Source of the DNA: Eubacteriales bacterium
GTDB taxonomy: Bacteria; Bacillota; Clostridia; Christensenellales; Aristaeellaceae
Direction: 5' to 3'
Assembly (NCBI GenBank): GCA_031550455.1
Contig: JAVBOQ010000114.1
Span: 1 to 34,311 of the forward strand
DNA length: 34,311 nt
Both the position numbers and the translations under genes were made by a program. The notes beneath the pieces are model-generated. The model had not been told where the DNA came from, did not search any database, and saw only the letters and a list, made by a program, of their open reading frames with translations. Positions 18,452-25,506 of the stretch are shown in pieces; the stretch's first letter is position 1, and each line of letters begins with the position of its first letter.

Positions 18452-19827
18452 AAAAGATGCTTGCGACACTGCTTGCGCTGCTGCTCGCGCTTGGCGCGGC
18501 GGCCGCCTTGGCCGAAGACGGCTATACGAAGGACGAAACGGTCTACGCGAATCTGGACGCGTCGGGCGCGCCCCGTGCCGTCTATGTGATCAACGCGTTT
18601 GACGCGGAAACTGGCGCGTCCGTCACCGACTACGGCGATTATAAATCCGTCAGGCCCACGACCACCGGTGAAACGCTTTCCGCGACAGGCGGCGAGGTCG
18701 CGCTTTCGCTGCCCGAGGGCCGGTACTATTACCAGGGTGAACTGAACGGCGCGGCGCTGCCCTGGGCGTTTGACATCGCGTACCTGCTCGACGGCGCGCC
18801 GGTCACCGCGGCCGAACTTGCGGGCGCGACCGGCAAGCTGACGCTGACGATCCGCGTGCTGCGCGGCGACGAGGCGTACAAGGACTTCTTCGACCATTAT
18901 CTGTGCCAGATTTCGTTCCTGCTCAACGCGCGCAAGTGCCGCAACGTGCAAAGCGACAGCGCGTCGCTCGCGGTTGTTGGCGCGAACATCAACGTCAGCT
19001 TCACGCACATGCAGGGCGGCGAGTCGGCATACACGTTGACCGCCGATGTGGAAGACTTTGAAATGGGCGGCATCACGATCACAGCGGTCAAGATGAACGT
19101 GGCGGGCGTCGCCACCGACAAAATCGCCGGGCTGACCGCGCAGTTCGCGCCATTGGCCGCGTCCGCGTCCGCGCTGAAGACCGCGGGCGCCACGCTGACC
19201 GGCGGTGTCGCGCAGATCACAGAGGGCATGGGCGCGTTCGCCTCCGGTGTGCCGTTCGTCACGGCCGCGTCCGCCAACATCAAAACCGGAATCGGCGGCA
19301 TTCACGAGGGCCTGGCCGCGCTCGTCGCGTCCGGCGAGCAGCTTAAGCCCGCCGCCGAAGCGCTGGCCGCGAGCGAGGACGCGAACGTCAAAGCGCTGGC
19401 GGCCGCCTGGCTCGCGCAGCATGAGGCGCTCGCGCAGCTTGCCACGGCCGCGGCCTCGGTCAACACGAACTATGGCGCGTTTGACACCGGCGTCGCGGCG
19501 ATCGCGCCGTCCGCCGCGACGCTTTCCTCGTCCTTTGGCACGCTTCAGTCCGGCCTGACCGGCTATGTTGGCGGCGTTGACATGCTGGCGGACGCGTTGG
19601 CCGCGATCCCGGGCGAGGTCGAAAAGCAGGCCGGCGCGCTGATGCAGGACATGACCGGGAGCGGATACGCCGCGCGGTCCTTCACGTCCGACAAGAACGC
19701 CGTGCGATCCGTTACGTTCAGCATCCGAACGGATGCCATCGCGAAGCCCGCGGCGGCGCAGCCGACCGGTGAGGCGAACGAACCGCTCACGTTCTTTGAG
19801 AAGCTGCTCGGGCTGTTCGGGCTGTGA
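18448..19827 (+). CDS. Secreted protein with YhgE/Pip-type X-X-X-Leu-X-X-Gly heptad repeats
   Basis: ATGA start/stop overlap with the MMPL gene. Signal peptide MKKMLATLLALLLALGAAAALA/ED. About 220-aa beta-rich N-domain, then an Ala-rich heptad region (GATLTGG, VAQITEG, MGAFASG, IGGIHEG, FGTLQSG, LTGYVGG). Hydrophobic C-terminal tail FFEKLLGLFGL. Confidence 0.7.
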   Translation: MKKMLATLLALLLALGAAAALAEDGYTKDETVYANLDASGAPRAVYVINAFDAETGASVTDYGDYKSVRPTTTGETLSATGGEVALSLPEGRYYYQGELNGAALPWAFDIAYLLDGAPVTAAELAGATGKLTLTIRVLRGDEAYKDFFDHYLCQISFLLNARKCRNVQSDSASLAVVGANINVSFTHMQGGESAYTLTADVEDFEMGGITITAVKMNVAGVATDKIAGLTAQFAPLAASASALKTAGATLTGGVAQITEGMGAFASGVPFVTAASANIKTGIGGIHEGLAALVASGEQLKPAAEALAASEDANVKALAAAWLAQHEALAQLATAAASVNTNYGAFDTGVAAIAPSAATLSSSFGTLQSGLTGYVGGVDMLADALAAIPGEVEKQAGALMQDMTGSGYAARSFTSDKNAVRSVTFSIRTDAIAKPAAAQPTGEANEPLTFFEKLLGLFGL

Positions 19828-20051
19828 TACCAATTCCAAACCTTACCGCATCGTCGCGGCGGATCTTTTTCCATTCGGCGTTGTCGCTCTCCACTCGGCG
19901 TAGCGCTGCTACGCCTCGTTCCGGCTCCTAACCGGATGAAAAAATTTCTCGCCGCTTTGGATGCGTTAAGATTTTCCATTGGCATGAAAGAATTGCTTCT
20001 GGCGCGCTGCCTGAAAGTCTTGTACAATATGTTCGGAACGGAGGTGCGCCT

Positions 20052-20735
20052 GTGTCGAACATACTGATTGTCGACGATGATACAAACATCGCGCGGCTCA
20101 TATCGGACAGTTTGACCGACGAAGGATTCGATACCGTCGTATGCCACGGCGGCGCGGAGGCGCTCCGGCGGCTGACCGGGCACGAGGAGTTTGACCTGGT
20201 GTTGCTCGACATCATGATGCCCGGCGTTGACGGATACGACGTGCTCCGCAGGATCCGCGAAAGGCGCAAGTGCCCGATCCTGTTCGTCAGCGCAAAGTCC
20301 CGCACGCTGGACACAATCCTCGGGCTGGAGCTCGGCGCGGATGATTACATCACCAAGCCGTTCATTGTCGAGGAGCTGGTCGCAAAGGTCAAGGCGCACA
20401 TCCGCCGCGACAAACGCAACGCGTCCACCGCGGGCGACATCGTTTCGTTTGACGAATTCCGGATCAACCGGGACAGCTACGAGGTCACCAAAAACGGCGT
20501 GCGCTGCGACCTGACCAACCGGGAGTTTCAATTGATGTCCTACCTGTGCGACAACCTTGGCAAGGTGTTAACGCGCGAACAGATCTTCGACGCCGTATGG
20601 GGCATGGACTATATCGACATCGGCACGGTGACGGTGACCATCAAGACGCTGCGCGACAAGATCGACCCCGACAACCGGTACATCAAGACGGTCTGGGGCG
20701 TCGGATATAAGCTCGTCCGGGGTGATTTCGGATGA
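20052..20735 (+). CDS. OmpR-family response regulator
   Basis: 227 aa. GTG start 7 nt after GGAGG. Receiver domain (ILIVDDD...LVLLDIMMPGVDG) and winged-helix C-terminus (IKTVWGVGYKL). Confidence 0.93.
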   Translation: MSNILIVDDDTNIARLISDSLTDEGFDTVVCHGGAEALRRLTGHEEFDLVLLDIMMPGVDGYDVLRRIRERRKCPILFVSAKSRTLDTILGLELGADDYITKPFIVEELVAKVKAHIRRDKRNASTAGDIVSFDEFRINRDSYEVTKNGVRCDLTNREFQLMSYLCDNLGKVLTREQIFDAVWGMDYIDIGTVTVTIKTLRDKIDPDNRYIKTVWGVGYKLVRGDFG

Positions 20736-21781
20736 GCGCGCGCGTCAAAATTCCGCTGCTGCTCGCGTTTGTGTTTCTGGTCAACGGCGTGATTTTGTAC
20801 GCGTATCTGAACGGCTATTTTCTGCACCTGATCGCGGAGAAAATATCCGAGATCAGCGGCTATCCGTTCACCGCCGAAATGCTGCTCGCCAACGAGATGG
20901 GCGACGGCCTGGTCGCGTTTGAGATCGCCATTTTCGTGTCGCTGCTGATTTTCGCGGGCATCGTCGTCTACTACACGTTCGCGCGCCGGCTGACACAGTT
21001 GACGTTGGCCGTCCGGCAGTACGGCAAGGGAACCACCGTCAGCCGCTCCAACCGCCGCGACGAGATCGCGAGCCTGCAAAACAGCTTCGCCGACCTGACG
21101 AAGCAGCTTGACGAGGAGCAAAAGGCGCAGGACCGGATGATCGCCAGCATCTCGCACGACATCAAGACGCCGCTGACGTCCATCCTCGGGTACAGCGAGA
21201 ACCTGATCAAGAAGGAACTGCCGCCCGAAAGAATCCGCCAGTACCTGGAGATCATTTACCGCGCCGCGCAGGATGTGGACAGCATTGTCGGCGAGTTTGA
21301 CGATTACCTCAAAGGCAAGCTCAACAGCGACGTGCGCAAGCGGCGCGTGACGCTGTCCTACATCGAAAAGATGCTGGTCGAGGAGTATCGGGACGAGCTG
21401 TCGCAAAAGGGCATCATGTTTGAGGTCAGAAACGAGCGCGGCACGGAAAGCCTGGCGGTCGACCTTTTGAAAATCCGCAGGCTGTTCGCCAACCTGATCG
21501 GCAACTGCATGCGGCACAACCAGCATGTCGAGCGGCTTTCGATCACGGTGGTCATGTCCGCGTCCGGTGAAAAGACGCTGTTCACCGTGACGGACAATGG
21601 CGTCGGCATGGACGCGCAGGCGCTTGATCACGCGTTTGAACCGTTCTTCACGACCGATTCGGGCCGTACGCTCTCCGGCCTTGGCCTGTCGATGTGCAAA
21701 AGCATCGTTGAGAATCACGGCGGCGAGATCTGGATCAACCGCGAACACAGGCAGGGCATGCAGGTTTGTTTTACGATGTAG
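20732..21781 (+). CDS. Sensor histidine kinase with a short (about 33 aa) extracytoplasmic loop
   Basis: ATGA overlap with the regulator gene. Two N-terminal TM helices, H-box SHDIKTPLTSILGY, N box NLIGNCMRHN, G boxes DNGVGM / GLGLSMC. Confidence 0.9.
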   Translation: MSARVKIPLLLAFVFLVNGVILYAYLNGYFLHLIAEKISEISGYPFTAEMLLANEMGDGLVAFEIAIFVSLLIFAGIVVYYTFARRLTQLTLAVRQYGKGTTVSRSNRRDEIASLQNSFADLTKQLDEEQKAQDRMIASISHDIKTPLTSILGYSENLIKKELPPERIRQYLEIIYRAAQDVDSIVGEFDDYLKGKLNSDVRKRRVTLSYIEKMLVEEYRDELSQKGIMFEVRNERGTESLAVDLLKIRRLFANLIGNCMRHNQHVERLSITVVMSASGEKTLFTVTDNGVGMDAQALDHAFEPFFTTDSGRTLSGLGLSMCKSIVENHGGEIWINREHRQGMQVCFTM

Positions 21782-21920
21782 GGGAATTGGTATGAGAGGG
21801 AACGCCAAGGGGCTCCGCCACGGCAAACGCATGAACTGAGGTTCATGCGTTTTCGTTCTACAAGCAGACTCCGTCAAAGGGGATCAGCCACTTTGGCGGA
21901 GTCCCGACGTCTCCCTCTTA
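21779..21920. repeat. Composite copy of the MITE-like element (copy E), spanning stop codon to stop codon
   Basis: Begins TAGGGGA (the TAG is the kinase stop). Contains GGGAACGCCAAGGGGCTCC and CTCCG-TCAAAGG...CTTTGG-CGGAG modules. Ends GTCCCGACGTCTCCCTCTTA (TTA is the reverse-strand TAA stop of the isomerase gene), which aligns to the ends of copies A and B. Confidence 0.5.
21825..21858. terminator. Strong hairpin, probably a bidirectional intrinsic terminator between convergent genes
   Basis: AAACGCATGAAC (21825-21836), loop TGAG, GTTCATGCGTTT (21841-21852): a perfect 12-bp stem followed by a T-rich tail TCGTTCT. An A-run lies on the other side for the minus strand. Confidence 0.6.
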
Positions 21921-22676
21921 CCTTATCTTCTCCAGCGCCCTTAAGCACAGCGCCGCGCCTTCAAACTGTCCGTACAACTTTTCTTCTTCATATTCGACGA
22001 TCAGCGCTTTCGCGCCGCCGACGGTTTCCGCGGCCTCAAGGAACGCGGGCCAGTCGATATCGTCCTCACCGATCATCGTCATGTAGCCGGTTTTGGCGGC
22101 ATACGGCTTTAAGTGGATCGTCTCGGCGCGGCCGGGCCATTTTTTGACCCATTCGATGGTGTCGAGCCCGGGCGTTTTGCTGCTGAGCGCGTTGCCGTTA
22201 TCGAGCTGCGCGAGAATCGTCGTGCTCTCCATCAAGAGCTGCCACGGCATCGTGCCGTCGGCCATCGGCACGAACTCCGCGCCGTGGTTGTGATAGCCCG
22301 CCCTGATGCCGTGCGGCGCAAGCGCGGTTTGAATCGTCTGCATCCGGGCGGCCAGCCCGAGCACGCCCTCGCGGGTCAGGAACGCTTCCTGCGCAAACCA
22401 CGGCACGATCGCGCGCGCGCAGCCGACCGTCTTCAGGTAGGCGATGGTTCCGGCGAGCGCGTCGCCTTCCAGCGTATCGATCGGCAAGTGCCAGCCCTCG
22501 AGCGTCAGCCCGGTTGCGGACAGCGCTTCCAGCACGCGTTCGGCGGGCAGCGTCGGCGCGCCGAAGCACTCGACGCCCGCATAGCCGATCCCGGCGGTTC
22601 TTTTCAGGCACTCTTCGAAGTTTTCCCGGTACAGGTCGCGAACCGAATACAGCTCCAGGGCAAATTTGCGCGGCAT
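21918..22676 (-). CDS. Sugar phosphate isomerase/epimerase (xylose-isomerase-like TIM barrel)
   Basis: 252 aa. ELYSVRD...GYAGVE N-terminus and the HNH...E pattern (GYHNHGAEF) typical of the AP-endonuclease-2/TIM-barrel family. Confidence 0.8.
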   Translation of the reverse strand: MPRKFALELYSVRDLYRENFEECLKRTAGIGYAGVECFGAPTLPAERVLEALSATGLTLEGWHLPIDTLEGDALAGTIAYLKTVGCARAIVPWFAQEAFLTREGVLGLAARMQTIQTALAPHGIRAGYHNHGAEFVPMADGTMPWQLLMESTTILAQLDNGNALSSKTPGLDTIEWVKKWPGRAETIHLKPYAAKTGYMTMIGEDDIDWPAFLEAAETVGGAKALIVEYEEEKLYGQFEGAALCLRALEKIR

Positions 22677-22688
22677 GGCGACGCCTCC

Positions 22689-23255
22689 TTAATCAATTGT
22701 ATAGCGGGCGCGCGGCCCGCCGATGTATTTTGGCCTAGCATACGCCATCGTCAGCCGCGCCTTGCCAAGCCACGGCGACGCGGGGCGCAGCGGCACGGCG
22801 ACCGGCCTTACGTGCATGCCGATCAGCGTTTCGCCGATGTCGATCGCCGCGTCGGCCGCGACCCATTCCACGGCGACGGGATCAGGCAACAGCCGGTACA
22901 CGGCGGAGGCGCAGGAGCCGCCCGCAGCCGGATGCGGAATGGCCGCGACCGGCGCGTACCCGCGCGCGGCCGCGGCGTGGCGCGGCAACACCAGCGCGCG
23001 GTTTAAGTGCTCGCAGCATTGCGCCGCGAGCGCCACGCCGAGCGCTTCGCAGGCGGACAGCGCGCCGCGGGCCACGGCATAGCCCAGTTCGGGCGATCCG
23101 GCCTTTCCGATGCGGCCGCCGCCGATTTCGCTGGTCGAGCAGCCAAGGGCGATCAGCCCGCCCGGCGGGACGCGCCCGTCGGCGCACAGGAACCGCACCG
23201 CTTCCGCGACTTCCGATTCAATTTCGCGGAGAAACTCCGCGCCAAGCTCATCCAT
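22689..23255 (-). CDS. TIGR01440 / UPF0340 family protein (YwlG-like)
   Basis: 188 aa. LGCSTSEIGG, CCEHLNRALV, AAIDIGETLIGMH and C-terminal YIGGPRA match the conserved blocks of this family. Confidence 0.82.
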   Translation of the reverse strand: MDELGAEFLREIESEVAEAVRFLCADGRVPPGGLIALGCSTSEIGGGRIGKAGSPELGYAVARGALSACEALGVALAAQCCEHLNRALVLPRHAAAARGYAPVAAIPHPAAGGSCASAVYRLLPDPVAVEWVAADAAIDIGETLIGMHVRPVAVPLRPASPWLGKARLTMAYARPKYIGGPRARYTID

Positions 23256-23996
23256 TTAACACCCCTCCGAGAAATTGCGCGCCGTGAACGAGTACGCGGC
23301 GATTGACACCGCGACCGCGAGGTTCAGCGAGTCGATGTCAGCGGCGTGGGGAATCCGCACCGGCGTTCCGACGGCCGCGAATGACGTCGGAAGGCCTCTG
23401 CCCTCGTTGCCGAAGATCAGCGCGTATGGCGTACGCGGCGCGCACGCGGCCACGCAAAGCGGAACCGCGCCGTCCAGCATGAACGGGTACGGCGCGTGCG
23501 CCGGGTATTCCGCCCGGTAACCGTCAAAGGCGTCATACGTTGCCACGCGCATGGCGAACATCGCGCCCATCGACGCGCGGACAACCCTTGGATCGAACAC
23601 GTCCGCCGCCGGTTCAATGATCGCAAGATCGCGCACGCCAAATCCGAGGCATGTGCGAAGGATCGTGCCGAGGTTGCCCATGTCGCCCGGGTTGTGCAGC
23701 ACGATATGCGGGGCGTCCGCGCGCAGCGCGTCGCGGAACTTGTCAAACACAATCGCAGCGTAGCAGTTTTCCTTGCGGCTGACGCGCAACAGCGCCTGAT
23801 CCGCGGTTTCAACGCGGACATCAAGCGCCTCGCACCGCGCGATGAGCTTTTGGACGCCCTCGCTGCCTTCCGCCTTGGAGTGCACCAAAAGCCGCCTCGC
23901 GATGCCTGGGCGCGCGTCAAGCAGCGCGTGTGCGGGAAAAACGCCGGGCGCGTATCCATAGGGCAGCGCGGCGTCGTACGGCGCGAGTTTCGGCAT
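23256..23996 (-). CDS. TrmH/SpoU-family RNA 2'-O-methyltransferase
   Basis: Start at the internal Met (MPKLAPY) of ORF 23256..24275, with SD GGGAGG. SpoU motifs NPGDMGNLGTILRTC, LIFGNEGRGL and IPHAADIDSLNLAVAVSI. The stop TAA abuts the next ATG (TAAATG). Confidence 0.82.
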   Translation of the reverse strand: MPKLAPYDAALPYGYAPGVFPAHALLDARPGIARRLLVHSKAEGSEGVQKLIARCEALDVRVETADQALLRVSRKENCYAAIVFDKFRDALRADAPHIVLHNPGDMGNLGTILRTCLGFGVRDLAIIEPAADVFDPRVVRASMGAMFAMRVATYDAFDGYRAEYPAHAPYPFMLDGAVPLCVAACAPRTPYALIFGNEGRGLPTSFAAVGTPVRIPHAADIDSLNLAVAVSIAAYSFTARNFSEGC

Positions 23997-24014
23997 CGTT
24001 TCGCCTCCCACGCG

Positions 24015-24043
24015 ATTGTAGCAGATTTGCGGCGCATCGGCAA
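24015..24043 (-). promoter_or_regulatory. Putative sigma-A promoter of the trmH-like operon
   Basis: On the minus strand: TTGCCG (24038-24043), 17-nt spacer, TGc-TACAAT extended -10 (24015-24023). Confidence 0.4.
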
Positions 24044-24277
24044 GCGACCGCCCCAAAACACAAAGTGGAGGGAGGCATGATTTCGCTTTTGTTCGCATAG
24101 ACTTTTTTACGGCGAATCCGGCGCGAACGAGGCGTAATAATTTTGGAGGGAAAAGTAAAACATTCGAAACAATGTATTCGCATTCGTTCGCGTTATTGTT
24201 ATTGAAGCAACGGCAAAATGTGCGCAAATCGTCGATATATGACGCTACATGATGGGGTTGACATGGAATTGACAATG

Positions 24278-24300
24278 CTATGCGAACGTCATTCGCATAG
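24278..24300. promoter_or_regulatory. Perfect 9-bp inverted repeat, candidate operator
   Basis: CTATGCGAA-cgtca-TTCGCATAG. An extra half-site TTCGCATAG occurs at 24092-24100. It follows tandem TTGACA hexamers at 24258-24263 and 24269-24274. Confidence 0.3.
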
Positions 24301-24378
24301 AAGTCTTTGTCATAACTTTATGAAATGTTTTCCTAGAATCTACATAGAAATATGAAAGATCAAAAACGAAAATAGGGC

Positions 24379-24408
24379 TTGCAAAGGATGGTTGGGTGGT
24401 GCTAAAAT
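24379..24408 (+). promoter_or_regulatory. Putative Pmra promoter of the dcw cluster
   Basis: TTGCAA (24379-24384), 18-nt spacer, TGc-TAAAAT extended -10 (24400-24408), about 58 nt before the mraZ start. Confidence 0.5.
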
Positions 24409-24423
24409 AGGTCAAGGTGCAAA

Positions 24424-24450
24424 AAAGGGCCACAAAGTGCCACAAAGGGG
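24424..24450 (+). promoter_or_regulatory. Three 10-bp-phased direct repeats, candidate MraZ operator
   Basis: AAAGGGC-cac-AAAGTGC-cac-AAAGGGG lies between the putative -10 and the mraZ SD. Confidence 0.4.
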
Positions 24451-24465
24451 AGAGGGGGCGGCGGA

Positions 24466-24909
24466 GTGTCCAGTGTCTTCGCTGGAACCTATTCCCACAA
24501 TCTGGACGGAAAAAACCGCGCGATCGTGCCCGCCGCTTTCCGGGACAAGCTCGGCTCCGGCTTTACGATCGCTCTGAACAGCACCAGTACGGCCCTTACA
24601 CTGTACCCAAAAGTAAAGTGGGATGTGGTCATTGAGCAGTTGGCCCGCATCCGTCAGACGGACGATGATGGCATGGACTATCTGCGCTACATCATGGCTC
24701 ACGCGGAAATCGACGTGGAAATGGACCCGCAGGGCCGCATCCTGCTGCCCCAGCCGCTCCGCGAGGCGGCCGGCCTGACGCGCGACCTGGTTTTTGTCGG
24801 CATGTTTGATCACGCGGAGATCTGGGACGCGGAAACCTATGCCGCCAAGCTGCTCGATACGAAGACCAACCTGTCGCAAAAGCGCAAACACGTCGACGAC
24901 ATTCACTAG
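24466..24909 (+). CDS. mraZ: Transcriptional regulator MraZ
   Basis: 147 aa, GTG start. Two SpoVT/AbrB-like halves with the DxxxR signature (LDGKNRAIVPAAFR and MDPQGRILLPQPLR). Confidence 0.93.
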   Translation: MSSVFAGTYSHNLDGKNRAIVPAAFRDKLGSGFTIALNSTSTALTLYPKVKWDVVIEQLARIRQTDDDGMDYLRYIMAHAEIDVEMDPQGRILLPQPLREAAGLTRDLVFVGMFDHAEIWDAETYAAKLLDTKTNLSQKRKHVDDIH

Positions 24910-24960
24910 CCCCGCGGCCGGAGCGGCGACCAGTTCGAACCATGAGGGGAGGAACGTGCG

Positions 24961-25458
24961 ATGGCGTCAAGACGCATAAATCCTTACGCTAAAGCATATT
25001 CCTTTGGGACGGACGGCAGCGCCGCTTTGGCCGGTTCACTCTCTAGCATCCGGCCTCTTTCGATCGCCCCGCCGAGGCAAAAGCAGGCTTTCGCGATCCG
25101 TGCGCCGCTTTGGAGCGTCATTGTCGCGGTCGCGGCGGCGGCCTGCCTTTTTTCTTTTTTGCTGCTTGGCGTCCGAAGCCAGGCGACCGAGGCCGCCAAA
25201 CGCGGCAACGCGCTGCGCGGGACGCTCGCGCACGCGGAGGAGATCAACGGGGCGCTTGAAGTCAAGATTGCTGGCGCGAACGATCCGTCGCGCATCCACG
25301 CGATCGCGCAGAACCGGCTTGGGATGACGCAGCCGGCGCCGGAGCAAATCGTCCGGCTGCCCAGGGAACCGTCGGCGCATCCGGGGACGGGCACAAATGC
25401 CGCGCAGCAGGAAGGGGGCGGATGGTTCCGCTCGCTGCTGGCGTTTTTCGGCCTATAG
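24961..25458 (+). CDS. ftsL: Cell division protein FtsL-like (bitopic, coiled coil)
   Basis: 165 aa with SD GGGGAGG. Single TM LWSVIVAVAAAACLFSFLLLGV, followed by a helical segment ending ...IHAIAQNRLGMTQP, typical of Firmicute FtsL. Lies between mraZ and the PBP gene. Confidence 0.7.
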   Translation: MASRRINPYAKAYSFGTDGSAALAGSLSSIRPLSIAPPRQKQAFAIRAPLWSVIVAVAAAACLFSFLLLGVRSQATEAAKRGNALRGTLAHAEEINGALEVKIAGANDPSRIHAIAQNRLGMTQPAPEQIVRLPREPSAHPGTGTNAAQQEGGGWFRSLLAFFGL

Positions 25459-25506
25459 GCCGGAAGGGCCTGTCTCTACAGCAACGCAGATCCCACCGGG
25501 GAGGCG

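Noticed and set aside
19936-20076. 46-codon ORF (MKKFLAALDALRFSIGMKELLLARCLKVLYNMFGTEVRLCRTY) upstream of and overlapping the response-regulator start
   Set aside because: It has no SD (the ATG follows CTCCTAACCGG), it overlaps the regulator start region, and no motif is recognisable. It is more likely promoter or leader DNA.
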